A DNA stretch of 63,926 bases, the filler included, from Octopus bimaculoides (lineage: Eukaryota): assembly GCF_001194135.2 (NCBI RefSeq). It is 9 parts of 8 records of this genome, joined end to end, with 100 filler letters (N's around TTAATTAATTAA, not from the genome) between each part and the next. Parts side by side here need not be neighbours in the genome. Positions count along the whole stretch, not along the records: positions 33,608 to 44,011 come from NC_068985.1; positions 44,112 to 46,646 come from NC_068987.1; positions 46,747 to 58,397 come from NC_068983.1; 6 more parts are not named here. One strand, written 5' to 3'. Made by a program: the position numbers and the translations under genes. This document shows, piece after piece, positions 36,549 to 50,035 of the stretch; position 1 is the first letter of the stretch, and each line of letters opens with the position of its first letter. The notes under the pieces are model-generated. The model saw nothing but the letters and a program-made list of their open reading frames with translations, did no database searches and was not told where the DNA came from.

Positions 36549-36784
36549 AGGCGCGTGGATTAGTGGTTATATGGTTTGGGATATTCGGCTCACGATCATT
36601 TCAATATGAGTTCGATTGCTGGCGGTCCTTGAGCAGGTCACTATTTCCCGTTGCTGCAGTGAGAAAAAACTGCCTTAAGGACACCAGTGTTTCTGAAGTA
36701 CCACTTGCAGTTTAATTCCTCGGGCAGGCTGTTCCGTTGATCGAATCAAGCGGGTCACTGGCATTTTTAACCGACGGAGTGTCA
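36549..36784 (+). mobile_element. SINE family C, degenerate
   Basis: aggcgcgtggattagtggtt...gagttcgattgc...gggcaggctgttccgttgatcgaatcaa...taaccgacggagtg. Confidence 0.7.
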
Positions 36785-37199
36785 TTCTTATGTCAATCTA
36801 AATTTTATCCTCAAGGAACAATTATATTCTGTGAATTCTTATCTACATTTATGAAATCCCAATAATCGCCAGGATTTCATTTGCACATTTAGAATTATCA
36901 TTTCATTGGTGATGTTGTGATATGGTTAGTCATGAATTCTAAGCTACCTAATATATTTACAAATATGTTTCTCGAACAATTTATATCTTCTTTTTGTGTG
37001 CTCAAACAGATTTATTTCAAGTGTTGGCCCTTACTACTCGAATGAATAAGCCTAAAGTATGATATATTATTTTCTTAGATGTCATTATGTTTATTTAATT
37101 ATTTACTATGTAATTAGTTCAGAAGATTTGATTGAGGCGTTGTTTTTTAATGATTTTAAATATTTTGCTGATCCACTTTAAAATGTATAGTTTATATAT

Positions 37200-38810
37200 G
37201 TTTTCTGTGGTTTTAGGCTTATTTTTTTCCTGTCATTATTTTAGAGATTCATCGATCTACTGAGAGAGTAAGAGAGTATTTGAGTTGTACAATTTTCTTC
37301 CGGTATGTCTTACATGTTCACAGTGTACTTTGATGATGTATTTTATTATTCAGTGTCATGTAGATCATTTACTGTGTGCCTAGTGCTGGCTGTGCTATAT
37401 TCATGAGTGGAAATTGATTAGTGTATGCCTTATGTGAATATTTGTAGTACAATATCTGGCGATGCTTATATAAAGGAGCGTTATTAATTCAATACGCGAT
37501 ACTTCTGAAAAGTGTGTACTTTATGATTCATGAAATATTTATGTTGGTGAATCTGTATACTGTGTGTAATTGTGTTATTTTCATAGTTGCTCATTCATCA
37601 GTAAACAGTCTACTGCTTCAATTATATTATTGTCTTGGTAGGTCTTTAAATGAAATGTAGACTGAATATATCAGGTATTTTGTTTGGAATATGTGTAAAA
37701 CTGTATGCCTTATTACTGGCCGTTTTATTCACACTGCTACGATTATAAATGATATTGTTTTCACTTTCCAATTCCCATCCTGTTTATCTCAGTCTCAATA
37801 AATATTAATTCACTTTGACAATTTCTTCTCTCCTTCATGTTTCTCGAGTATGATCATCAGTGTTCCATTCCTTGAAAATTTTAGTCATGTAGATTGTCTC
37901 GACCACCTTCATTTACGGTGTCTTATACATATTTATACTGTTTCTCATCAATGTGTACCCAAACTTGTATTATACAGCTAACCAGACGGATAATAAATGT
38001 ACATATTACATAATGCGCTCTTTATGTTAGCCGTTTCTTTGTTCTTTTCTTATTATTTGTAATATAGTTTTGTTCAGCTAAAATCAGATCTGTTTGTTCT
38101 TTTAACCTCGAGCTTTAAAGCTATTGCTAGTTATCAGTCGGGCTTCATCTCAATCTTTCCTTGTGGCTTCTGTGAGCTATGTTCTCTCTATTTCTTCTTT
38201 GTTATAGATCGGAGTTTCCTTTGTTATTTGAATTGATTTCTTCACATATCCTTTTTAAACCTCACCTAAAACTCTTTTTCTTCTATGGAAATTCTAGTTT
38301 ATATGTTATTTTCCCAAACTGTTCAACCCCTGTTCATTTCTTTTTTGTTGCACATATCACTTTCACTTCGTTTGTCATTCCATATGTACCACGTCAGTTT
38401 CCATAATTTCATATAATTATCTGTGTGTATAACGCCTTTTCGCCAATGTTTGAATGCAGATATTGTCTACCCGTTTGAAATGTCGATCCCACATTATTAG
38501 TACTTCAGTGTTAAACTACCAAATAATATAGTTTCTAGTTTATTAGATTAAAGATATATGTTATAACTGGAATGGTTAATACATTTAAATATATTATTTT
38601 TAGTAATGTCACCAACTTTTTAGCATTGTTTTGATTTTCTATAATAGATTTATTTTTTCCAAATTCCACCTTGATTTCTGTGTGTCGTATCTTTTAAGTT
38701 TAATCTACATCTAAGTATTTCCAATGTGCGGTTATGGTTCTGTGATTGCTGTTCGGGTTCTGTATTTAATGAAATCTTTCCAATGTTATTTTAGTGGCTT
38801 CTTCTAATAG
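37200..38810 (-). mobile_element. Heavily decayed R4/Dong-like ORF (RT C-terminus to endonuclease)
   Basis: A-rich minus strand with colinear motif remnants WKYLDV, IPVITYIFNLIN, SPDIVL and SSKY; many stops. Confidence 0.45.
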
Positions 38811-38840
38811 TATCGCGGACATAATCTATTTTGTCGTGAT

Positions 38841-38933
38841 CAAATCGACCTCGGCGGAATTTAAACTTAGAGCGTAAAGACAAGTGAAATGCCGCTAAGT
38901 ATTTTGCTCGGTGTGCTAATACCTTGTCGCCTT
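38841..38933 (-). mobile_element. SINE family B head fragment
   Basis: tcgacctcggcggaatttaaac...gaaatgccgctaag. Confidence 0.75.
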
Positions 38934-38940
38934 AGTGATG

Positions 38941-39620
<680 letters not shown>

Positions 39621-39639
39621 TAATAATGATCATAATAAT

Positions 39640-39997
39640 AGAACCAGAAAGAGTTACCGAGAACAATGAATATAAGATATTGTAGGATTTTACAATCCAA
39701 TGTTACTCCCTAATCGATGCTCGGAGACTAGATGTTGTGGTAAGTAAAGGAAAAAAGGAAATCAAGATTATAGATATTGCACGCACAAGTGACAAAGATC
39801 GAGAAAAGATTGAAAAATACAAACTACTAAAAGACGGAATTGCAAGAATGTGGACTATAAGGAGAGTGTCTGTCATCCCAGTAGTTGCAGGAGCATTCGG
39901 AGCACTAACAGCCAAGTTCAAGAAACCTGTGAGAGAAATTGAAATTGATATAGAGCAAGCGCCGATATCTGCTCTGTTGGGGACAGCTGAGGTGCTG
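39640..39997 (+). mobile_element. R4/Dong endonuclease fragment lacking its 3' UTR
   Basis: EPERVTENNEYKIL*DFTIQ...IKIIDIA...EKIEKYKLLKDGIARMWTIRRVSVIPVVAGAFG...SALLGTAEVL; preceded by (TAA)n. Confidence 0.85.
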
Positions 39998-41230
39998 ACA
40001 GTACTTTATGCAATATGCATGCAGTTCCAAGCAATGCCGATTTTTGAAATACACTTAGATTGTTAGGTAATTCTAAAGCTTCCAGATGTTTCTTCCGGTT
40101 TGTTGGAATTGAACCCAATGCTCCGCTGACAACAGGGGCAATATTTAGCATTTTTCCGTTGCCCTTTGGTCCATTCTTCTATGTGACTCAGATCTTTACG
40201 TGATGTTTTAATATCGTCTTCAATTTCCGCTTCTATCCGTCTGCCTTCCTCTCTTTCTTTTCAATCAGTTCACCTACTAACATTGAAGCGGATCTGATCA
40301 GGTCCCTTGTTTCCGTTAGATCTTTTGTCAGAATGTATTGCAGAACCTCATCAACTATTTTGGGTCGCGTGCTTCACATTGTTACGACCGAAGCTACTGA
40401 AATTCACCGGCTTCGTCTCTGTTCTCGGAATTACTATAACTTCGAATCCCATCATGAAGTTTCTCTGTTCATCAGTCATATCTTCTCGTAATACAGAGTT
40501 CTCAACATTATATTGATTGGCCGGCCTCTCCTCTACTACAACTTCACCTTGCCAACGCATTCGCTGAGCTTCACCTACATTATCCTTCTTGATGTCATCA
40601 CAACTATGCAGGCTTTTGCTGATTGTCTGAATCATGGCTTCATTAAAAAAACACCTTTCCAGAACTATTCTTATTTGAATCAGGAGTCCATGTTCAGTAA
40701 TTTGGAACATACCCAGCTGGTTTCAAAGTTCTAATGATCTTTTTTCGACAACTATATATTTGCCATTCTTCTTGTCTAGGAAAGCTTGTTCATGGCACTT
40801 AATTGCCTTTTTGCACATATCAACAGACTACTTGCGTTTGTGAGCACATTGCATATATTGACCAGTAAAAGGACTACAATTGGGTAGAGTCTGGTCTTCC
40901 ACTCAATTGCCTTCTGAGAAGTCCTTGCCGTGCGCAGAAGATCTGTCCTTCCCCCACGAGGTTAGGTGCGATGTGAAAGAGATGTAACTACTCTTTCTAT
41001 CATGTCAAATGTCTTCTCAGAGAGTCCATCGCTCACTTGTAATCTTCAGTGGACAGGTTCAGCATATGAAAACCAAGATCTTTGCATTTGTCCTTACTTA
41101 TGTTCTCTAGCCACAGAATCCAAGTGGCAGGTTGTTGTTGCTTTCTGTGTTGTTGATGTTGCTGTCGTAGTTGATGGTTTTGTCTTTGTCTTGGTAGCCT
41201 TGTATCGCCGTTGTAAATAGCTGCCTTTAT
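39996..41230 (-). mobile_element. R4/Dong-like element with the RT region deleted
   Basis: N-terminal-type sequence (NQLGMFQITEHGLLIQIRIVLERCFF...EDDIKTSRKDLSHIEEW) joins near 40150 directly to the C-terminal APVVSGALGSIP...QKSALLGTACILHKVLS. Confidence 0.65.
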
Positions 41231-41484
41231 GTATAGTAGTATTAGTATTAGCAGTAGTAGTAGTAGTAGTAGCAGTAGTAGTAGTAGTAGCAGTAGTATT
41301 AACAGCAGCAGCAATAGTAGTAGTGTATTGATATTGTTATTGCTGTTGTTGCTGTTGTTGTTATTGTTATTGTTATGTTGTTTTTTACTTCTTTCTTCAA
41401 ATTTTCTTCCATTTCTTGCCGAGTGCTTTCCGTACACCTAGGGCAGAGACACGCATTGTATGCATTCCCAGTTTCATCATCATC

Positions 41485-41551
<67 letters not shown>

Positions 41552-41552
<1 letters not shown>

Positions 41553-42303
41553 TAAATGCGAAAGAAATAGACAGAGAAAAATCCCAGCGATGGCTGAGAA
41601 GCTCAGGACTCAAAGCAGAGACTGAAGGATTTTTAATTGCTGCACAAGACCAAAGCCTCCCCACCAGAAATTACCAAAAACACATAATGAAAAGAAATAT
41701 AACAAGTAACTGTAGAATATGTGGAGATCGACAAGAAACAATAAATCATATTATCTCTGGCTGCCCAGTCCTGGCTAAGAAGGAATATATTCACAGACAC
41801 GACAGAGCTGGGACCTATATANNNNNNNNNNNNNNNNNNNNNNNNNNNNNNNNNNNNNNNNNNNNNNNNNNNNNNNNNNNNNNNNNNNNNNNNNNNNNNN
41901 NNNNNNNNNNNNNNNNNNNNNNNNNNNNNNNNNNNNNNNNNNNNNNNNNNNNNNNNNNNNNNNNNNNNNNNNNNNNNNNNNNNNNNNNNNNAACTTTCAA
42001 AATACAAAGACCTGGAAATAGAGATAACTCGAATGTGGAATCTAAAAACAGAAACAATTCCTATCATAGTAGGTGCCTTAGGTATAATAAAAAAATATTC
42101 AGACAAATACATAACAAAAACACCAGGACTTACAAATATATATAACATACAAAAAATTGCACTACTGGGTACTGCACACATTCTACGCAAAACACTTTCA
42201 ATACAGTAAACATAAGAGCACCACAGCAAACCACAGCACATACCCAAGGCGCACAGAGCTGCGCTCGGTAGTGAAGTGAAAGCACGTTATAAAAATAAAA
42301 CTA

Positions 42304-42307
<4 letters not shown>
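41552..42307 (+). mobile_element. R4/Dong 5'-truncated young copy (internal N gap)
   Basis: LKAETEGFLIAAQDQSLPTRNY...CRICGDRQETINHIISGC (CX2CX7HX4C)...LSKYKDLEIEITRMW...ILRKTLSIQ*. 3' UTR hairpin GCGCA/TGCGC (42249-42264). (TAA)n on both sides. Confidence 0.95.
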
Positions 42308-42339
<32 letters not shown>

Positions 42340-43379
42340 TATTATTGTTATTCACAGCAACAGCTACAGTGGCAGCAGCAGCAACACTTGAACAGTAGTA
42401 GTGTTTTGTTGTTGTTGTCGCGTTGGTTTTGGGGTCGTATTCGTATTACTACAAAGTAAATATTTTTGATTTTGTTAGCATGAAATATAGCTGTCGTGCA
42501 TTTGAATTATGATAGGTTTTTCTTTAAGATTTAGCAACGACTGCCTAGCGGCTTTAAAGATGTTTCGGGGCAATTTTAGAACGTGAAACAATTTAAAAGC
42601 AACATTAAACTGTAAACTATTTAATGCATTAATTTTCGAAATGTTCTGTTGTTTTTACTTGTAAATTTTCTATACCTAATTGGACTGCTTTATTGGGAAT
42701 AATTATAGAGAAATGAAATTAATTATTTTAGTTACCATAATTATAACCGTAGAAAATATCATATGAACAATTCAAAATATATACAGAATATTAGTTGCTA
42801 CTAATGAACAAAAAATTCATTTAAGTAATTGTTCGTTAAATACAATATTGATTTTCTTTCATTGTTAACTTTCGAATTAAAATCTTCAAACTCAAATGTG
42901 AAACTGAAATAAATAAACCAAAAATAACACAAATATTTGACTTGAAATGGTAACTGAGAAATCGTGACCTACTTCTCAAAATAAATGTCTAATATTTCAC
43001 CTTTTGCATTACTAAAATTAAAATAGAATCTAAAAAAATATATTTGTACACGAGCCGACGATGAATATCAACATTACTATAAACAAGATAAAAAAATCAA
43101 AATAAATGTGTATTTGTCGAATAGATTTTCTTGATATTGCATCATGCATTGCTCTTTTCAAAATATTGGTTAACCATCAATTATAGAGTTAACTATGATG
43201 ATAGTCATAAGGATAGTGATGACGCTATTAGCGCTAAATAGAATAAAGGGGATGAAGGTGGTATTGTTGATAACGATGGTCATTGGAATGCATGTAATCG
43301 TTCTGAAGACAATGATACTGTCAGAGGCAGATAATATTATTAGTATTAGTGATCAGTATGGTTAGGGTCAGAATAAAAT

Positions 43380-43740
43380 GTTGACGACGACGACGACGAC
43401 GACAACGACGACGATGATGATGAGGATGATGATAATGATGATGATGACGACGTTGACGATGAACCACGGTGATGTTGACAACGACAATGATGATGAAGAC
43501 AAGAACGGTGGCCACGACGCTGTTGATAATGATTATGTGGTGATTAGAAACATGATTATAATCCTGATTATGCCGTTGACGAAGATGACGACGTCACGGT
43601 TGATGATGATGATGAGGATGATGAGGATGATGATGATGCTGACGATGATGATGATAATGATGATGATGATGATGATGATAATGATGATGATGATGATGAT
43701 GATAATGATGATGACGATGCGGACAATGAGTCAACAGAGA
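43380..43740. repeat. Imperfect (GAT/GAC/AAT)n array
   Basis: Directly visible. Confidence 0.9.
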
Positions 43741-43966
43741 CGACGACGTCATGGATTTTGAGAAGGATATTATCTAGTCGTTTTCTTCTTTGGTGCATAC
43801 AATATTTGTTGATGTTGCTCTCGGATTAATGACATCCATGTCAATGTGTAAAGCATAGCATTCTTTTGTAAAGTTTGCAATACAAGGAATATCTTTTACT
43901 GGTCAAATACAAGTATGGACCTACTAACTCAAATTCATCTCTCTATACTGTTATATCGTTCGTATA

Positions 43967-44011
<45 letters not shown>

Positions 44012-44111
44012 NNNNNNNNNNNNNNNNNNNNNNNNNNNNNNNNNNNNNNNNNNNNTTAATTAATTAANNNNNNNNNNNNNNNNNNNNNNNNNNNNNNNNN
44101 NNNNNNNNNNN

Positions 44112-44405
44112 ACTGGCTCCCGTAGGATTTTCGAGCGAGATCGTTGCCAGTGCCCCTGGACTGGCTTGTGCGGGTGGCACATAAAAGACACCATTTCGAG
44201 CGTGGCCGTTTTCGTGCGGGTGACACGTAAAAGCATCCACTACACTCTCTGAGTGGTTGGCATTAGGAAGGGCATCCAGCTGTAGAAACTCTGCCAAATT
44301 AGATTGGAGCCTGGTGTTGCCATCCGGTTTCACCAGTCCTCAGTCAAATCGTCCAACCCATGCTAGCATGGAAAGCGGACGTTAAACGATGATGATGATG
44401 ATGAT
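44112..44405 (+). mobile_element. Retroposon 3' end (family D) with (GAT)n tail, probably RTE-related
   Basis: ttggcattaggaagggcatccagctgtagaaac...gtccaacccatgctagcatggaaagcggacgttaaacgatgatgat. The RTE assignment is from recalled similarity. Confidence 0.65.
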
Positions 44406-45429
44406 ATATATATATATATATATGTATTGATATGTGTGTATGTATGCATGTATGTATGTATGTATGTACGTATGTATATATATCTAATATAATAAATGCG
44501 CAAACTAATTTCTGGGTGTCAGTGTGTCTCACTTAGACCCCCTACTATTCCTCATGATGAGATGAGAGTAATAGTAGAGATGTTGAGGGTGGTGGCAGAG
44601 ACAGACAGAAAGAAAGAGAGAGAGAAAGAAAAAAGAAAGGGAGAGAAAGAGAGACAAAGAAATTTAGGGAGAGTTGATGCTTTATCTAAAGTAGTAGTGT
44701 TGATGGTGGCACTTATCTACAGTGATACCAACTTTCCCAGTTCCTCTCTGTCCATTGTATCATCTGTAACGGTGTGTGGGGGGTTAGTTGTTGGAGCCAG
44801 GAGTTACCAATTGTTACAGATGTGCAAGATGAAAGAAGAACAGTGATTGAAGTTGTAAACAAACATTTATTTACCGTTACATATTGTAGATTTTCCTTGC
44901 ACAGGTATGTTTGCGTTCTTGTCATTGTGTAGTAGTAAACCACAGACAGAGATAGGGTAATGTTGTAGAGAAAAGAAAGTGAGAGTGGTGGGATGAAACA
45001 ACTGCTTCATTGGTGAGTTACCATAGTTGTCTCCCTCTGTGCCTTTTCCTTCAGAGATGGCGTTTCATTCAGCCAATCAGCCAGACTTGGTTCTCATTAA
45101 TTGACTCTGGCTTACGGAGTTCTTGCATTTATAACTATACAAAACTAGTTAGAAGGAGAGACATATTGTTGAGGACAATAGATATTCTCTGGGGGTCAAC
45201 TGTTATCTCAGTTCAAACTTTTCATGGCCTAGAAGAGGTTAGGAGGGTCAAGTTGCAAAGACATAAATTGGCTTAGCAAAGCCATATGGTGAATGTAACT
45301 GCTGTCATTATTGTTTTTTCTGTGAGAAAAATACCGTTGAAATATTGTGGGAAATTTGCTGATTCAGGTTCAAATCTACTCTATGCCCGAATGAAGTCTA
45401 CTACAATATCATCAACATTGTCTTAATTC

Positions 45430-45810
45430 TTGAGATAAATTAGAAAATGGTGATCAGTGATGTGGATATACTTGAGAGATGTTATATTAGGAGTGTAGAA
45501 TTGATGATTTTGCAAAGTCGTTTGGGGTGGGGTGAAAAAAATAAGGTTCAAGGACTGCCTCAGAATTGCTCTGACACAGACAGGAATTTCAGTTGTTGAT
45601 TGGGAGAAGGAGGCCCAAGACTGAAATGGACGGAGGAAAAGAGTGCTCAAGGGTCGTTCGAAGTTTGAAAAAGAGAAATTGAAGCAGGAGAAAATCAAGA
45701 GAAGGCTTAGGAGGAATGAACCTGTAGAAAATGAGGGAGTGTTGCTTTATATGTGTGTGATTTGTGGGAGGAAATGCTTGAGTCATGCAGGCCTGGTCAG
45801 CCATAACGCA
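45430..45810 (+). mobile_element. RTE-clade LINE 3' relic
   Basis: ISDVDILERCYIRSVELMILQSRL...KIRFKDCLRIAL...WEKEAQD...YMCVICGRKCLSHAGLVSH, including the terminal zinc-finger-like motif of RTE/BovB elements. Confidence 0.8.
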
Positions 45811-45994
45811 CACACACACACACACACATGTACATATATATCATGAACTAAATGTTACTTTCTCAGATGCAGCACAGAATTTTGTCAGTGAACAGGTCGC
45901 GGTCTCAAAGCGACGAAAATATTTTGAGAAATTAAATTTAAATGTTGAAGTGAATCTAAAGGTTTTTTTGTGTGCTTTTTAAATGGCTTATAAA

Positions 45995-46345
45995 CACCTT
46001 CCATGCTGCAGTTGTAAGTAAATATAAGGACCTGGAAATTGAAATACAAAAGATGATCCATCTTAAAACGAGAACTGTTCCTGTTATTGTGGGTGCCCCA
46101 GGTATGATAAAAAAGGAATGTCAGAAACGTCTAGATAAGATCTCAGGAGAACCATGTCTCAGAGAAATCCAGAAGATTTTGCTGACAAGTACTTCCCACA
46201 TCCTTAGAAAAACCCTATCAATTTGAATGTCTGTGTTGTAATACATGAAGATATTTCACTACCTCCCCTCCCCAAGCTTTTAGTCACACACACATCTCTT
46301 ATCCTTCACTCACCCCAGGATGCTGGGTGTGTTTTGGCAAGTGAC
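45995..46345 (+). mobile_element. R4/Dong 3' end
   Basis: SKYKDLEIEIQKMIHLKTRTVPVIVGAPGMIKK...IQKILLTSTSHILRKTLSI*. Confidence 0.9.
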
Positions 46346-46353
46346 TGTAACAA

Positions 46354-46588
46354 AGGCGGGGAGCTGGCAGAAACGTTAGCACGCCGGGCGAAATGCTTAG
46401 CGGTATTTCGTCTGCCATTACGTTCTGAGTTCAAATTCCGCCAAGGTCCACTTTGCCTTTCATCCTTTTGGGGTCGATAAATTAAGTACCAGTTATGCAC
46501 TGGGGTCGATGTAATCGACTTAATCCCTTTGTCTGTCCTTGTTTGTCCCCCTTTTGTTTAGCCCCTTGTGGGCAATGAAAAAATAAGA
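46354..46588 (+). mobile_element. SINE family B, full length, tail type 1
   Basis: aggcggggagctggcagaaacgttagc...gagttcaaattcc...gtttgtccccc...gccccttgtgggcaatgaaaaaataaga. Confidence 0.95.
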
Positions 46589-46746
46589 TGCAGATTAAAA
46601 GTAAATAATAATAATAATAAGAAGAAGAAGATTAAAAGTATGTTCGNNNNNNNNNNNNNNNNNNNNNNNNNNNNNNNNNNNNNNNNNNNNTTAATTAATT
46701 AANNNNNNNNNNNNNNNNNNNNNNNNNNNNNNNNNNNNNNNNNNNN

Positions 46747-47150
46747 CTCTCATTTGCACCTCCTGCCGCGAGGTAGGTTCATCTGGGACTCTCGATAGGA
46801 AGAGATCCAGCTTTGATTTAAAAACTCCTACATCTACTTTGTGCAGATTCCTCAGGCTCTTTGGGAGAATATTAAAAAGCTGTGGGCCCCTGAATCCCAA
46901 GCTGTTGCAGTAACTGGTCCTGAAGCGCGATGGCATTGCTGGGATCTTTGGCACTATGCAGTGCCGTCCCGTTCTGGCATTGGTGTAGCTTTCAATGCCA
47001 AAATTTGGCACAATTCCTTCCAGGATCTTCCAGATGTATATTACTGCATACCTCTCCCGCCTTCTCTCCAGGGAGTAGAGTCTTAGCTGTTTAAGCCTTT
47101 CCCAGTAGCTGACCAGTTGCAAAGAGACAATCTTCTTTGTGAATCTATAT
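46747..47150 (-). mobile_element. CR1-like LINE ORF2 C-terminus
   Basis: SYWERLKQLRLYSLERRRERYAVIYIWKILEG...SLGFRGPQLFNILPKSLRN...FKSKLDLFLSRVPDEP. Confidence 0.9.
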
Positions 47151-47155
47151 AAATA

Positions 47156-47186
<31 letters not shown>

Positions 47187-48254
47187 ATCAAAACGAAAAT
47201 TAGAAATCAAATGATGCCCTGGGAAAACAATTTGGGTGGGTGGTGGTGCCATGAAGAGAGCAAGTCGAAATGATCATATATTTGAAGGAAAAAGAAGATA
47301 AAAGAAATAAACCTTTGATATTTTCGAACGAGAACAATTTTCGACAGGAAGGTGAAAAATAATACTGAAGTACAAGAAATTTGCCAGAGAAATAAGTGAG
47401 TTGCTGTGTTTGAAAGAAATAGCTACCAATAATAATTGGTACACTGGGTGTAATAAAAAGAACTTGTCTTAAACCAAAAAAAAAGGAAGTAATATTATAT
47501 GAGGGACGCGAATCATAATATGTAGTCTTCATCTCAAAGGAATAGTACGTGTTCAAGGAAATACACTTTGAATGCAATAACAAAACATTACACAGACATG
47601 TTATCTACTCAATGAAATTTCAAATAGGAAAGACTTTATTGAGAAAATACATAATATTTGACCTTGTACATACATCTTGCATCTCATTATTATTTGTTTC
47701 CACTATAAGGTCAAATACGGAAAAGAAAATTTACCTAAAATATGTAGAGGAAAGTAGGAAAAAAGTATGAGTTCGTTTCCGTAGATTTGTTAAAACGAAA
47801 TATAACTATAGTACAACAAAGATGCTGTGGGGCTGAAACGGAGAGTGTGAAGGAAAAGCAAACAAAACAAGAAAGAAACGAAGGGTGAGAGAAATAAAGG
47901 ATGGGAAAACAGGAGAGAAAGGGAGTAAGAGAGATAAAAAGTGAGAGAAAGAGAGTTGAGTAAGTGGTACGGATTGTATACAAAGGTTTATGTTGAGGTA
48001 TTGGGATACGGTAAGAAAATAATGGTGACGTGGTACGATAAACATTTCACAACCGCGAAGTAGACAGAAAAAAAGACAATAAATGTTAAACAAACGTGAC
48101 AAACGTCAGAGTAGCAATACATGCGAGTATATTGCGTCATTTAATATATGTTGGATTACTTATTACAATAGTAGCATATCTGTAATTCAGACTAAACGCG
48201 CGCACGCACATATATATATATATATATAATGCATACATACATACATACATACAT

Positions 48255-48305
<51 letters not shown>

Positions 48306-48315
48306 NNNNNNNNNN

Positions 48316-48369
<54 letters not shown>

Positions 48370-48529
48370 TACACACAATATATTCATATATATTCATATA
48401 TATACAATAAATAAATATATATATACATACACACATACATACATGTATATATATGTATGTGTGTGTGTATGTATGTGTGTGCGTGTATAGGTGTGTTTTG
48501 ATATATTGTATTAATATTCATTACAAATA

Positions 48530-48745
48530 GGGCGGTGAACCGGCAGAATCATTAACATGCCGGACAAAGTGCTTACCGGCATTTCGTCCGTCTTTAGATT
48601 CTGAGTTCAAACTCCACAAAGGTCGACTTTGCCTTTCATCCTCTCGGGGGTCGATAAAATAATGTGCCTGTTGAGTACAAGGCTTGCTGTAATAGACTTC
48701 CCCAACTTCTCCGAAACTGCTGCCCTTGTGCCAAAATTAGGAACA
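48530..48745 (+). mobile_element. SINE family B, tail type 2
   Basis: ggcggtgaaccggcagaatc...gagttcaaactcc...ggggtcgataaa...gcccttgtgccaaaattag. Confidence 0.85.
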
Positions 48746-49050
48746 AATTTTCATTTCAAATATAGACAAAAGGTGACAAGGGTATATTTGATTATACCCG
48801 ATCTACATCAAAAGGATGCATTAAAAGGTTTATCTGGTTTGGATTTGAACGTGAATTCATCGCCCTTCATCTGTCACTCCACTCAGGCAGTTCTTCACCC
48901 TTGTGTCTCCTCTCCACCGCGTTAGACTTGACACCTAGTCTTTACTTCTGAGAATTCATTATGTATGGTGTTCTTTCTGTGCTCATGGTTTCCTGCAAGC
49001 GTTGACTTACAACAATTCAAGAGAAACATGAATATCATCGATCTTATCGA

Positions 49051-49163
49051 CCGGATTCAGTCCCATTGCGTAGCACCTAGTACAGGTATCTTCTACAATA
49101 GCTACAAGCCGACCAAAGCCTAACGAGTGGACTTGATTGAAGGAAACTGAAAGAAGCCCCTCG

Positions 49164-49165
<2 letters not shown>
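49051..49165 (+). mobile_element. SINE family A, 5' part
   Basis: ggattcagtcccattgcgtagcacc...gccgaccaaagcc...ggaaactgaaagaagccc, then (CA)n. Confidence 0.75.
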
Positions 49166-49201
<36 letters not shown>

Positions 49202-49224
49202 TATATATATGCATATGTCATACC

Positions 49225-49264
49225 GGCCATGACGAAGGGAAATAGCCCTGAAACTCGAGTCGCC
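49225..49264 (+). ncRNA. Minimal type I hammerhead-like motif (variant core CAUGACGA, GUC site), isolated
   Basis: GGC CATGACGA AGGG AAATAG CCCT GAAA CTCGAG T C GCC. Stem I GGC/GCC, stem II AGGG/CCCT, palindromic ACTCGAGT stem III, GUC triplet. Confidence 0.65.
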
Positions 49265-49649
49265 TTTATATATATATATTTATATTTATATATTTATATA
49301 TTTGATCCTTTATATTGAACACTCAATATTTCATCTACATTCAATACTTTCTTTCACGGTGCCATCCATCTTTATTTTATTTTATTTTATATTGTATATT
49401 GTATATCATATTATATATTGTATATTCCATATTCTATACCCCACATTANNNNNNNNNNNNNNNNNNNNNNNNNNNNNNNNNNNNNNNNNNNNNNNNNNCT
49501 CTATACACAATCATACAAAAAAAACCTACCTTTTTTGTATTTATTTTTACTCGCATATATATATATATATATATATTTGTATATATATATATATACAAAC
49601 ACACAGTCCCACTGCCACTTGACAATCGGTAATAGTATGTTTGCAAATA

Positions 49650-49860
49650 CGGCAAGCTGGCTGAATCGTTAGCACATCGTGCGAAACGCTTAGCATTTCG
49701 TGTGTCTTTACGTTCTGAGTTCAAATTCCGCCAAGGTCGACTTTGCCTTTCATCCTTCCGGGGTTGATAAATTAAGTACCAGTTGCGTACTGGAGTCAAT
49801 CTAATCGAGTGCCCCCGTCTCCCCCAAAATTTCAGGCCTTGTGCCTAGAGTTGAAAGGAA
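49650..49860 (+). mobile_element. SINE family B, tail type 2
   Basis: ggcaagctggctgaatcgttagc...gagttcaaattccgccaaggtcgac...tttcaggccttgtgcctagag. Confidence 0.9.
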
Positions 49861-49879
49861 TAGTGTGTTTGCATCCACG

Positions 49880-50035
49880 TACTTTAGTGGTTCGGTAAAT
49901 GAGACTGATAAAATAAGTATCAGAGTTAAAAGAAAATTAAGTACTGGAGTCGATAGGTTCGACTAAATTTCTTCTAGGCGGTGCTCCAGCATGGCCGCAA
50001 TCTAAAGACAGAAGCAAGTAAAAGATAAAGAAAGA
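49880..50035 (+). mobile_element. SINE family A, 3' part
   Basis: ggcggtgctccagcatggccgca...gaagcaagtaaaagataaag. Confidence 0.75.

Noticed and set aside
44761-44881. TGTAAC...GTTACA LTR-like ends
   Set aside because: Segments of only 55-70 bp, with no TSD, PBS, PPT or internal domain.
44891-44910. ttttccttgcacag|GTATGT as a recursive splice site
   Set aside because: A single motif is expected by chance in 64 kb, and the host transcript and strand are unknown.
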